Source: Candidatus Harpocratesius repetitus
Lineage (GTDB): Archaea; Asgardarchaeota; Lokiarchaeia; Sigyniarchaeales; Promethearchaeaceae
Assembly: GCA_021498095.1 (NCBI GenBank)
Contig: JAIZWK010000001.1
Location: 3,840,001-3,872,000 of the forward strand
Length of the DNA stretch: 32,000 nt
Direction: 5' to 3'
A program made the position numbers and the translations under genes. Positions 1 through 9,917 of this stretch are shown piece by piece (within the stretch, counting starts at the first letter, position 1; each line of letters opens with the position of its first letter). The notes beneath the pieces are model-generated. The model searched no databases, had not been told where the DNA came from, and worked only from the letters and a program-made list of their open reading frames with translations.

Positions 1-60
1 AACCACTAAACCATCGGCCCAATATTTTGATTAATAATAATTCGATATATTAAAAAAAAC

Positions 61-354
61 TTAGTAATTTTCATTTACCAGCCATGAGACCGGGATCATC
101 TGATAAGAACCATCAGGCATGCTACGACGGATTGTAATTGGTAGGACCTTCTTATCGAGTTCATAAGCGGCAATTTCAATTGGATCGGTTAATTCTGGAG
201 GGATTTCTGTAAATGGACTTGCTTGGAAGCTGATCTGGAGCGCCCGAGCACCAATAATACGGGATCTTTCGTATCTGGTTATGAAAATGCTTCCTATTTT
301 AATTTTTCGTTCCGCTTCTATATATTCCTCATATCTTTTTAAAGTTCGACTCAC
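61..354 (-). CDS. rpoK: DNA-directed RNA polymerase subunit Rpo6/K (RPB6 homolog)
   Basis: TRYERSRIIGARALQIS...DPIEIAAYELDKKVLPITIRR is the RPB6/Rpo6 signature. The start codon (GTG) is uncertain. Confidence 0.93.
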   Translation of the reverse strand: MSRTLKRYEEYIEAERKIKIGSIFITRYERSRIIGARALQISFQASPFTEIPPELTDPIEIAAYELDKKVLPITIRRSMPDGSYQMIPVSWLVNENY

Positions 355-514
355 GGTATATCATCCAAAATGTAGTAAGCAAATTAATCCGCCATATAAA
401 AAAAATTTTTTGATTCTGGTGCATTTTTACTATTCAATTCCCTTTCAAAAAGAGAAAAGTGGGAATTGATTACTGCACCATGAAATTATTTTAGGTGGGA
501 AGCTTTAGATTTTT

Positions 515-1360
515 ATGGAATGGACTCGGAAAAAAATCCTTATGACAATTCTTTTTGTAGCGATTCTGATTTTATCTGTTGTTGTAATGTATTTTGTTAT
601 TGTGGATGAAACCTTTTTATTTCGAATTATCAGGGAATATTTTATTTTACCTTTATTACGAATTGGTCCTTGGGCTGCAATTGTCTTTTTGTTTCTAATG
701 GTAATGCAAAGTTTAATTGCTCCAATTCCTTCAGAATTGATTTTATTGTCAGGTGCCATGATTTTTGGATTCTTATGGGGAACTGTTTTGGGTGTTATTG
801 GCTCTATATTGAGTGGAACAATTACGTATTATGTATCCAAGCAAGGAGGAAGGACTTTACTTGAAGCAGCAGGGGAAAAAATGTCAATGGCACAAAGAAT
901 GATAGTTATCATGGATGAATGGATTGAAAAATGGGGTATTTGGGCAATTATTGTAGGTCGTGCTGTGCCTGTTATTATGTTTGATCCAGTGTCTTATGCT
1001 GCTGGTATATCGAATATTAAAGCAAAACCTTATACAATAGCCACTGCAATTGGATCAATCCCAAGAGCTTTATTTTTCTCATTTTTAGGTATGAATTTAC
1101 TCGGAGGGCATAACCCAAGTTATATAGCTCAACTTTCTCAAGCTGAAATTACTTCTGCATCAAGCCAATTTAACACAATTTTCTTTGTAATTTTTGGAGT
1201 ACTGGTTGCTATGCTTGTGTTTGCCAATATTTTGTCTTATATGCGTGAACGGGCAAAGAATAAAGAGATTGAAACTCAACCTAAAGATGAAGAAAACAAT
1301 CCTCATCTGTTAGTTGAAAATTATAGAAAGACCAACCAAACAAAAGAAGAAATTAAATAA
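515..1360 (+). CDS. DedA/TVP38/TMEM64 (VTT, SNARE-associated) family membrane protein
   Basis: Several TM helices plus the motifs APIPSELILLSGAMIFG, GRAVPVIMFDPVSYAAG and YTIATAIGSIP. Confidence 0.88.
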   Translation: MEWTRKKILMTILFVAILILSVVVMYFVIVDETFLFRIIREYFILPLLRIGPWAAIVFLFLMVMQSLIAPIPSELILLSGAMIFGFLWGTVLGVIGSILSGTITYYVSKQGGRTLLEAAGEKMSMAQRMIVIMDEWIEKWGIWAIIVGRAVPVIMFDPVSYAAGISNIKAKPYTIATAIGSIPRALFFSFLGMNLLGGHNPSYIAQLSQAEITSASSQFNTIFFVIFGVLVAMLVFANILSYMRERAKNKEIETQPKDEENNPHLLVENYRKTNQTKEEIK

Positions 1361-1414
1361 TGATTAAATGAAAAGAGAAAATAAATCTATTGAAAAAATA
1401 AATCTATTGATAAA

Positions 1415-1996
1415 ATGAAAAATCTTAAACAACCTATTCCATATGGACAATATCCATCTGAAGAAATTCGATTGAAAAATGGAAAAAAAGCAATTATTCG
1501 GTTATTTAAAAAAGCAGATTTAGAAGGAATATGGAAAAATTTTAACGATGTTGTAGAAGAAGGAATTTATTTACCAGTATATACACCTGTAAAAACAGAA
1601 TGGGAGCGAATTTCATGGTATCATGATATTCGAGATGAAGGAAATATATGTGTAGTAGCGGAGAACCCATCAGAGTCTGCTCCGAAAAATATCATAGGTC
1701 AATTAACGATTGAACATATCCCATGGGAAGCTGCAGCGCATGTTGGTCAATTAGGCATTATTGTCCAAAATCAATATCGAAATCAAGGAATAGGCTATAA
1801 ATTAATTCAATATGCTGCAAAATTAGCCCGACTAATTGGAAAACAAAAACTCATTCTTAGTACATTTACTTCCAACAAAATGGCAATTCATCTTTATAAT
1901 AAATGCGGATTTCAGTCAGTAGGAATTTATCGTCATCAGTATTTTGTTAATGACAGATTTCAAGATGAATTGATGATGGAATGGTTTCTTGACTAA
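1415..1996 (+). CDS. GNAT family N-acetyltransferase
   Basis: Acetyl-CoA motif A (IIVQNQYRNQGIGYKLI) and motif B (NKMAIHLYNKCGF). Confidence 0.88.
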   Translation: MKNLKQPIPYGQYPSEEIRLKNGKKAIIRLFKKADLEGIWKNFNDVVEEGIYLPVYTPVKTEWERISWYHDIRDEGNICVVAENPSESAPKNIIGQLTIEHIPWEAAAHVGQLGIIVQNQYRNQGIGYKLIQYAAKLARLIGKQKLILSTFTSNKMAIHLYNKCGFQSVGIYRHQYFVNDRFQDELMMEWFLD

Positions 1997-2041
1997 AATC
2001 TAATTTTCAACCTTTTTTTTCAATCTTTTATAAATTTCTCT

Positions 2042-2614
2042 TCAACTTTTCCGAAAGTATTCTGGTTCTATTGGTAAATGATTTGCTAAGGAAAGAAATG
2101 TTTCATCCACACCCTCACCAGTCATACTACTCGTAAGGATTAATTTTTCTAAATGATATTTCTGAATTAAGTCTTGATATGTTGCAATCTCAACTTCATC
2201 TCCTACTAAATCTTTTTTCATCCCAATCAGATATATAGGAATATTTGGTACCACTTCACGGATGATTTCCACCCACTCTTCAAGATTGATATAAGTGCTC
2301 ATTCGAGTAAGATCGAAACATACGGCCCCAGCATTCGAACCTCGTACATAATTTTGAACTACAAATCGAAATCTCTCTTCCCCACCGAGATCCCAAACTT
2401 GCAAAGTGACATCTCTTCCATCTGAGGTTTTCAATGTTTTAACTGCATGATTTACACCAATTGTCATTATCATGTCAGGATTAAACATACCTGTAACAAA
2501 TCGCTCAACAAATGTTGTCTTACCTACGCCGCCTTCCCCTGCAAAAAAGACTTTCATGACAGGGATTTGGGAAGTGTTGTCAATTATTTCTTCTTCTTCA
2601 TCGGTAGGGCCCAT
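2042..2614 (-). CDS. Rab-like small GTPase
   Basis: G1 GEGGVGKT, G2 TIG, G3 WDLGGEERF, G4 MKKD, G5 TSSMTG. The start is set at the ATG of MGPTD. Confidence 0.92.
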   Translation of the reverse strand: MGPTDEEEEIIDNTSQIPVMKVFFAGEGGVGKTTFVERFVTGMFNPDMIMTIGVNHAVKTLKTSDGRDVTLQVWDLGGEERFRFVVQNYVRGSNAGAVCFDLTRMSTYINLEEWVEIIREVVPNIPIYLIGMKKDLVGDEVEIATYQDLIQKYHLEKLILTSSMTGEGVDETFLSLANHLPIEPEYFRKS

Positions 2615-2918
2615 CTTTTTTATCCTCAGTTGGAATATCAATGGAGTGTCAATGCTACAATCAAGGAGTAGTGGATAAATATTGCTTCAGTATCGATCTT
2701 GATTTTAACATTGATTGTATATTAAAGTATGAGAGTAAGTCCTATAAAAATTCTGTGAATAAATTAATGTTTAATTAAAAAAAGAGAAATGGAGCATAAT
2801 AAGAAGAAAAAAAGAGATCTTACAAGGTTATTATCAATAAAATAAATTGCGAATTATGTATCTTGGTTTTTTGGATTATGTGGAAAAGCTTATTTTCTTT
2901 CTCCAAGCAAGGATAATT

Positions 2919-5066
2919 ATGGAAATTCAGAAGATTCAGAAGATTCCAGAAAAAGTATACTTCCAAGGAATCACAGTTTTGATAATTTTTGTAGTTTTTT
3001 ATCAGATGGTATCTGATTTAGTTGAAGGAATTTATACATTGGATTTATTGAACACAAAATTGGATGCCAAAGCGGCAGGAATGCTCTTTTTTCTTACAGG
3101 AGCGCTACTTTGGCTCATTCCTAAGCGAAATCAACATTGGTGGATTCGAGGAATCTTGGGAATAATGATGATCTCGCGTGTTGTTGAACCTTTTATGGAT
3201 CCAACAGGAAAAATTGTTAGCGCAGGAATAGCAGTGGGATGTTTTTGGCTCGGATTTCCCCTTTACATTAGTTTAATTTATAATGAGTATACTTATATGT
3301 TCATGAATGATGGAGCAAAAGGAATAATAAAAACACAAAACGGAAAAGAAACAAAGAAGGAAACAGAAAAATGGCAAAAAACACCAGACAACCTGACAGC
3401 AGAAATTCTTACGTTTGCTTTAGCAGGTGCTTCTTTATTTATAATCTCATTTAAAACTTGGGGTGCAACATTAGATCTTTCTGTAATTAGATTTGGACAA
3501 ATAATTGGATTTCTCATGGTTATTGGGGGAATCTATTTCATAACAATAACAACAACTGCACCAAAAATGATGGAAAGGAATCTTTCATCTCAAAAAATCA
3601 CAATTTTATCGATGTTAATAATGCTTAGTTATTTTGCACTTAACAGCCCAGGTATATTTACACGATGGAGTGAAGCAAATTATACAGCAGTAATAACACT
3701 TATATGCATAAGTATTGTAAGCTTTCTTATCATACTTTTATGGTCCCCTTCTAGCCTTTTTAACATGCCGAAATGGATGGTGTTTGCGGGGAATTGTGTA
3801 TTTTTTATATTTTTGATTTTGGGAATATTATCAAATCAGACCAGCTTCATTGCTAATGTAAATGCATCCCCAGTTATAGTTCAACCATCGACCTTTCTTC
3901 AAAAATTCTGGATCTATCTTGCTTGCATATTGACATTTTTTCTTTACACAGGGTTACTTCAAATTTTATCAAAACCTATAGTGAAAAAAGAAAAAGAAAA
4001 GCAGAATTATGGAATTTGGCTAATAAACGGCTTTCTATTCGTTTTATGGATATTCATTTTTATTTTTACTAATGTTTGGGGATATGTCAAACCTGTAAGT
4101 CTTTGGTTTCGCGGTTTATTTTGGTTACCATTTGTATATATTGGAGTGATATTTCTAGCGATTCTGAGCTTCTCAATGCTTAGAAATCTGAAAAAATCAA
4201 AAAAAATTGATTCAAAGAAAATATTTATACAAAATTCCAATTTTTGGGGTATCAAAAAGAATTTAAAATTGGCACTCTCTGCAGTATTCTTGATTCTTCT
4301 CCTAACCAATGGAATAAGAGCATTCAGCACAGAAAGTCATCCAATAATAGGAAATAACACAGACAATCCTCTGGATTCAATCACTTCTCTGCGAATCCTT
4401 ACCTATAACGTGCAGCAAGGGGCAAATGTATCAGGAGATAAGAATTTTGAACAACAATTAGCACTAATTCAAGAAATTAATCCTGATTTGATTGGATTAC
4501 AAGAATCTGATACACCGAAAATAAATACTGGAAATAGTGATTTGGTTAGATACTTTGCAGATAGTCTCAATTATTACGTATATTATGGCCCAAAAACGGT
4601 TATGCAAACATATGGAGTTGCAATTCTTTCCCGATATCCTATCCAAAATTTCTATTCGATATATACATACGGTGATGAAGATGAAATTGGAAGTCTCTTC
4701 GCTGAAGTGCTAGTTGGAAATAAAACATTAAATGTAATGGTTAATCATCCAGCAGGTTCAGCTGATGCAAAAGCCGCTCACACAGAAATGATGCTAGATC
4801 AAGTTAGTGGTTTGACGAATGTGATATTAATGGGAGATTTTAATTGGCGTGAGGATAGTATGTATTATTCTTCTGTAACTGCAGTTTATCAAGATTCTTG
4901 GCGCACAAAATGGCCGACAGGAATTGATAACAAAGGGATTTCAATGCAATCAACAATTGATCATATCTTTCTCTCACCAACATTCATAGTCGAAAGTGCT
5001 CACTATATTCCCAGCCCGCAATCACAGACCGATCACCCTGCTTATTGGATAGAAATTTCATGGTAA
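2919..5066 (+). CDS. Multi-pass membrane protein with C-terminal endonuclease/exonuclease/phosphatase domain (CWH43/PGAP2IP-like)
   Basis: Many TM segments followed by EEP motifs TYNVQQG, LQE, GVAILSRYPI, VNH, LMGDFN, IDHIF and TDH. The start is set at ATG 2919; the ORF track starts at 2847. Confidence 0.8.
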   Translation: MEIQKIQKIPEKVYFQGITVLIIFVVFYQMVSDLVEGIYTLDLLNTKLDAKAAGMLFFLTGALLWLIPKRNQHWWIRGILGIMMISRVVEPFMDPTGKIVSAGIAVGCFWLGFPLYISLIYNEYTYMFMNDGAKGIIKTQNGKETKKETEKWQKTPDNLTAEILTFALAGASLFIISFKTWGATLDLSVIRFGQIIGFLMVIGGIYFITITTTAPKMMERNLSSQKITILSMLIMLSYFALNSPGIFTRWSEANYTAVITLICISIVSFLIILLWSPSSLFNMPKWMVFAGNCVFFIFLILGILSNQTSFIANVNASPVIVQPSTFLQKFWIYLACILTFFLYTGLLQILSKPIVKKEKEKQNYGIWLINGFLFVLWIFIFIFTNVWGYVKPVSLWFRGLFWLPFVYIGVIFLAILSFSMLRNLKKSKKIDSKKIFIQNSNFWGIKKNLKLALSAVFLILLLTNGIRAFSTESHPIIGNNTDNPLDSITSLRILTYNVQQGANVSGDKNFEQQLALIQEINPDLIGLQESDTPKINTGNSDLVRYFADSLNYYVYYGPKTVMQTYGVAILSRYPIQNFYSIYTYGDEDEIGSLFAEVLVGNKTLNVMVNHPAGSADAKAAHTEMMLDQVSGLTNVILMGDFNWREDSMYYSSVTAVYQDSWRTKWPTGIDNKGISMQSTIDHIFLSPTFIVESAHYIPSPQSQTDHPAYWIEISW

Positions 5067-5125
5067 TATGGGTTATATATGTTAACAGGATATTATCGTT
5101 TTTTTTGATTTTTTTTCATTATTTA

Positions 5126-6238
5126 TTATTTCTTCGAATTTCGTGCACCATTAATTTCAGGTAATAAAAATGGAAAATTTTCCAGTAATAATGCGACAAT
5201 TTGCTCTACAACTTCAGAATTGTTAAAATATTCAGGGGGGTGAGAAGTAAATTTAAGTTCAAAATGAACTAAAAAGCGTGAAAGCGCGCTCTGCAAGATT
5301 TTAGAACCAGTATTGGTAACAATTACAGCGGAATAATATTTGCCAACTGATCTAAACATTGATACATCATCCGACATTATAAGATTGATAGAACTTTTAG
5401 CTAAAAAAATACTGGTGAAAATTTGATTTACCGTATTCAACAAAGCAGGGAGATTTTTATCAATCGAATTGTTTTTCTCATAAATATTTTGAAATTTTGA
5501 TCGAAAAATAATATTACCGTTGGTATCAGAAATCATAAACATGAATAAATTGGATGGAACTTGATAAAAATGATGAATATCAATTATGTAAACTGCAAGA
5601 ATCATAATAAAACCAACAATTGGAAGAGCTTTTCCTAATTCAAAGACTGCATCTTGAAAATTGCTAAAAACAGAATAATACCAGAAAATATCAGCCAATA
5701 ATAAAGTACTATATCCAATTGCAATAATTACAAACGTACAAACCAAATAAAGAGCAGTTTTTTTCCGAGAACGAATAAAATTTTTGAAATAAAAAGGAAC
5801 TGCAATACCAACATTGACAATCACACCTAAAATATTATATGAAAAATCGGCAATAAACCAAAAAAAATGAACTGCTTGTTCTGAAGCAGGTAAAAAAATA
5901 ATAAAAATTAAGGAGACTTGCTGAACAATTAATAAAATAAATGTAATTACGAATAATGTAAAATTTCGATTCACTGTACGCAAACTTTCAAGAAATAGAT
6001 ATATAAAAAATAAAGATAAACCAAAAAACATCAATTCCAGTGCAATTAATTTGCCTGAAGGAATTGATGGAAAACTAAAATTAAGAATCAAGCTAATAAA
6101 TGCTCCTATAAACATTGCCGCAAATGAAAATGGAAAAAAGGGAACATGATGTTTCGTTTTAATAGCTTTAAGTATGAAAAGGATTAATAGTACCCCTAAA
6201 AAAAAACTCAACAGTATATTTATTATAATTTCATCCAT
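5126..6238 (-). CDS. Multi-TM membrane protein with C-terminal cytoplasmic alpha/beta (longin/roadblock-like) domain
   Basis: About 7 hydrophobic segments, then FMISDTNGNIIF...YYSAVIVTN...LSRFLVHFELKF. The fold call is inference. Confidence 0.6.
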   Translation of the reverse strand: MDEIIINILLSFFLGVLLILFILKAIKTKHHVPFFPFSFAAMFIGAFISLILNFSFPSIPSGKLIALELMFFGLSLFFIYLFLESLRTVNRNFTLFVITFILLIVQQVSLIFIIFLPASEQAVHFFWFIADFSYNILGVIVNVGIAVPFYFKNFIRSRKKTALYLVCTFVIIAIGYSTLLLADIFWYYSVFSNFQDAVFELGKALPIVGFIMILAVYIIDIHHFYQVPSNLFMFMISDTNGNIIFRSKFQNIYEKNNSIDKNLPALLNTVNQIFTSIFLAKSSINLIMSDDVSMFRSVGKYYSAVIVTNTGSKILQSALSRFLVHFELKFTSHPPEYFNNSEVVEQIVALLLENFPFLLPEINGARNSKK

Positions 6239-6392
6239 GATTTTTCCAACTAAATTAAATGTGTAATTAAGTAATGAAGTTACTAAGTATGATTTATATT
6301 AAATTCTCAAATATTTCTTAAATTCTAATTAGAATTAAAAACTTAAAAGTGATAAGTATCTTTAATTAAAAAAAGTAATTTAAAAAAAAATT

Positions 6393-7955
6393 CTATTCGA
6401 ATTCAATGGTTGAAGGAGGTTTATTAGAGATGTCATATACTACTCGATTAAATCCCCGTACTTCATTGATAATTCGAGAACTGATTCGTTCCAATACGTT
6501 CCAGTCAATTTTAGCAAAATTAGCAGTCATTGCATCAATAGATTCAACAATTCTCACTGCACAAATATTTTCAAAGGTACGAAAATCCCCCATGACACCA
6601 ACTGATTTTACAGGGAGATAAACGGCAAAAGCTTGCCAAATTTGATTATACAAACCCGCTTTCTTTATTTCTTCAATGACTATGGCATCAGCTTCCCGCA
6701 ATATATCCAATTTTTCCTTCGTAATATCACCAATGCACCGTACTGCCAATCCCGGTCCAGGAAATGGATGACGTTGGATTAATTCGGAAGGTAAGCCCAA
6801 TTCTTGGCCTAACTTTCGCACTTCATCCTTGTATAAATCCCGTAACGGCTCTATTATTTTTAATTTCATGTTTTCTGGTAAAGTTAAATTATGATGAGAC
6901 TTAATTTTGCTTGAACTTTTACCTCCAGTTCCGGCTTGTGATTCGACTCGATCGGGATAAATTGTACCTTGAGCTAAAAATTCCACATTTGGATATTTTT
7001 CTTCCAATTCTCTGGCTTTTTTTTCAAATACTTCGATAAATGTGTGACCAATAATCTTTCGTTTCTGTTCAGGGTCAGTTACTTTATTCAATCGTTCAAG
7101 AAATAAATCAGAAGCATCCACCAGATGAAAATTTGAAAAATGCAAACGATCACGAAACCATTCGCAGACCTGTTCCACTTCATTTTTTCGAAGCAGTCCA
7201 TTATTTACGAAAATTAAATGCACTTGATCTTGAATTGCTTTTTTTAATAATATCGAAACAACTGAAGAATCTACCCCTCCAGAAAGGCCTAAAATTACGC
7301 TTTTATCTTGAACAACAGAACGAATTTCTTTAACAGATTTTTCAATCCAATGTTCCACCTTCCAAGACTGAGACGCATGGCAGATGTTAAATAAGAAATT
7401 CTGAAACATCTTTGATCCGTTTTCAGTATGATGAACTTCAGCGTGAAATTGAAAAGTAAAAATATTTTGAACAGGATCACCCATAGCAGCAATAGGACAA
7501 GTTTCTGTTGAGCCAAATACTTCAAAACCAGGTGGTAATTTTACAACTTGGTCACCGTGAGACATCCATACAGTTTCATTGTGAGAAAGATCAGAAAAAA
7601 TTAAATCGTTACGAGATAGAGAGAGAATTGCTTTTCCAAATTCTTTTTCTTCCCTCGCTTCAACTAAACCTCCATATTTTTGAGCGATAAGATGATGACC
7701 GTAACAAAGACCCAATAATGGAATTTGATTCTCACGAATATATTCCCATACAGAATCATTCGGTTTGGGAGCATTTTGTTCATAAACTGATGATGGCCCC
7801 CCTGAAAAAATAATACCAATAGGTTGAAGAACTTCAAGTTTTTCTCTTGTAATATTGTAAGGAACGATTTCAGAGTAAACACCGAGATCTCGGACTCTAC
7901 GGGCAATTAAGTGAGCAAGTTGTGAGCCAAAATCAAAAACAATTACTGTATCCAT
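6393..7955 (-). CDS. guaA: GMP synthase (glutamine-hydrolysing), single-chain GATase + ATP pyrophosphatase
   Basis: DFGSQ, SGGPSSVY, GLCYGHH (catalytic Cys), QFHAE, LSGGVDSSV, QGTIYPD, HPFPGPGLAVR and KPPSTIEFE. The true start is the ATG of MDTVIV at 7955. Confidence 0.97.
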   Translation of the reverse strand: MDTVIVFDFGSQLAHLIARRVRDLGVYSEIVPYNITREKLEVLQPIGIIFSGGPSSVYEQNAPKPNDSVWEYIRENQIPLLGLCYGHHLIAQKYGGLVEAREEKEFGKAILSLSRNDLIFSDLSHNETVWMSHGDQVVKLPPGFEVFGSTETCPIAAMGDPVQNIFTFQFHAEVHHTENGSKMFQNFLFNICHASQSWKVEHWIEKSVKEIRSVVQDKSVILGLSGGVDSSVVSILLKKAIQDQVHLIFVNNGLLRKNEVEQVCEWFRDRLHFSNFHLVDASDLFLERLNKVTDPEQKRKIIGHTFIEVFEKKARELEEKYPNVEFLAQGTIYPDRVESQAGTGGKSSSKIKSHHNLTLPENMKLKIIEPLRDLYKDEVRKLGQELGLPSELIQRHPFPGPGLAVRCIGDITKEKLDILREADAIVIEEIKKAGLYNQIWQAFAVYLPVKSVGVMGDFRTFENICAVRIVESIDAMTANFAKIDWNVLERISSRIINEVRGFNRVVYDISNKPPSTIEFE

Positions 7956-8329
7956 GTACAGAACTATACGATATACTTGAAAAATTTTCTTATTAATATT
8001 AGTAATGTTTAGAACAAAACACAAAATGCAATTAAATACATATTTTATGATTAAAATATATATTATTTCTAAATAAAAAGGATATTTCATTCAAAAAATG
8101 ATGTAAAATAAAAAATTTTTTTTTAAATATATATTTGAGATAAGATTTAGCATGTTTTTCCGAGATCTTCCAAAAAAGAAAGAAAAAGAATTAAAAAATA
8201 TATATTTAATTTAAAAAATATATATTCAATAGAAAACTTATCAACAGCAAAAAAATTTTTGATCAAGTTTGAACATAATGTTATCTCGTAATTGATCATA
8301 ATTATATACTTCAACACATAAATTAATTT

Positions 8330-9619
8330 ATGCTTAAAAAAACGTTTCCAAAAAAAGGAAAAGATTACTCTGAATTAAAATCAGATAAGTATGTCCAACG
8401 ATGGTTAGAGAATATATCTTCAAAAACACATAATCAGAAATTAGCAGTTTTTCAAAAATTTCTTAATTTTGTTGAGAAAAGTCCAGAAGAATTAATTTTG
8501 GAGCATTCTAAAGATTTAACTGAGATAGATCCAATTAAACGTTCAAATATCGCTAAAAGGCAATTGAACGCATATTTTCAATTTTTAAAAGGCGAACATA
8601 ATTCTTTGAATTCAAAAATGAATTCAAAGCCGATTTCTCATAACTCTGCTCGAATCAAAGTATATTCGATGATTTTAGGTTTCTATGCAAGAAATCATGT
8701 AAAAATTCAATTTGATCGAGGAGAAATACCTGCTGAAGAAAAAAAGGGAATTACTGATAAGGTTTGGCGAAATGGTAAAGATTCTGAACGTATTAGTAAT
8801 GAAGACAAAAAGGATTGGCTGAAAAAGATTTATAATCAATTTTCTACAGCAAAAAATAAAGCTATCTTTTTATGTATGAAAAGCTCAGGACTAGATCCTG
8901 TAGATCTTTTTAATTTAACTATATCAGATTATCATAAAGGATATTTTAAGAAATATAGCATATGTTATGTAGAAGGAAATCGCTCTAAAACTAAAGAAAC
9001 ATTCCAAACTTTCTTCGATAGTGAAGCTTGCGATGCACTTTACACTTATATGAAAGAAAGAAAAAGACGGGGAGAAAATTTGCAACAAAATTCATGGCTT
9101 TTTGTTGTAGATAAAAAAAATAAAAATGGGGAATATCGAAAAATGTTTTATACTCGATTTGCTATCGATCTCAAAGCAGTTTGTGAAATTCTTGAGCTGA
9201 AAAACATAACAACAAAACGAATTCGTGCGTGGTTTGATTCTAATGTAAAGAAAGGGCTTGATGCAGAGCTTCTAACCGTTTCTGAACGAATGATGGGTCA
9301 TAAGACTGATATAACTGCCAAATATCAGCAAATACTCAAAGATACTGAAGAATTCGCAAAATTCTATAAGGATGAAATAGAACCGAAACTTTTAATACTC
9401 GGACGGTCTGAATACGTGAAGAAAATAAATGAAGACATTGAATCATTGCAAAATACAATTCAGTTACAAGCTGAAAAAATAACAAAGATTGAAGCTGAAA
9501 ATAAAGAAATGAAGAAAATATTAGAAGACCGTTTGCAAAAATCAGAGAAAAACATGCAAAAGATGATGAAAATTATCGAAAATTTACAGAAAGATATGAA
9601 AAAGCAAATTTTATCTTAA
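8330..9619 (+). CDS. Tyrosine recombinase/integrase with C-terminal coiled coil
   Basis: N-terminal SAM-like region, box I-like AIFLCMKSSGLDPVDL, Lys in RSKT, KRIR (HxxR position), MMGH and KY (catalytic Tyr). The heptad-rich tail spans about the last 70 aa. Confidence 0.85.
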   Translation: MLKKTFPKKGKDYSELKSDKYVQRWLENISSKTHNQKLAVFQKFLNFVEKSPEELILEHSKDLTEIDPIKRSNIAKRQLNAYFQFLKGEHNSLNSKMNSKPISHNSARIKVYSMILGFYARNHVKIQFDRGEIPAEEKKGITDKVWRNGKDSERISNEDKKDWLKKIYNQFSTAKNKAIFLCMKSSGLDPVDLFNLTISDYHKGYFKKYSICYVEGNRSKTKETFQTFFDSEACDALYTYMKERKRRGENLQQNSWLFVVDKKNKNGEYRKMFYTRFAIDLKAVCEILELKNITTKRIRAWFDSNVKKGLDAELLTVSERMMGHKTDITAKYQQILKDTEEFAKFYKDEIEPKLLILGRSEYVKKINEDIESLQNTIQLQAEKITKIEAENKEMKKILEDRLQKSEKNMQKMMKIIENLQKDMKKQILS

Positions 9620-9763
9620 TTCATTAAGAAAAATTCTTATTTTTTTATTAGATTTTATTTCATCGTTAACAATTGCCTTCAGGTCAGCGAGAGCATAATA
9701 AAATTTTTCGAGTAAACTGTCATGATCATGAACTTGAGTATTTGTTTGCGTGTCGAGTGCCAT
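9611..9763 (-). CDS. Small hypothetical protein, 50 aa (MALDTQTNTQVHDHDSLLEKFYYALADLKAIVNDEIKSNKKIRIFLNELR)
   Basis: Hand-translated and below the ORF-track cutoff. It has an ATG start, an amphipathic helical composition, and a stop overlapping the integrase 3' end. Confidence 0.55.
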   Translation of the reverse strand: MALDTQTNTQVHDHDSLLEKFYYALADLKAIVNDEIKSNKKIRIFLNELR

Positions 9764-9852
9764 AAAAAAAAAAATATTTTGCACGGTTAAAGTCTCATAT
9801 TAAACAGTTAATAAACCAAAATCACAATTTCTATGCTTAGATTTCACTCTAC

Positions 9853-9917
9853 TTATTCTTACTTAAACCAAATTTATTCTTACTTAATCATATCTAATCT
9901 TACTTATTCTTACTTAA
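9853..9917. repeat. Three copies of TTATTCTTACTTAA (9853, 9874, 9904)
   Basis: Exact 14-mer direct repeats spaced 21 and 30 bp, plus a partial TCTTACTTA at 9898. Confidence 0.85.

Noticed and set aside
6393-6440. guaA 3' end as the attachment site
   Set aside because: The element lies on the 5' side, and no duplicate of this sequence was seen in the window.
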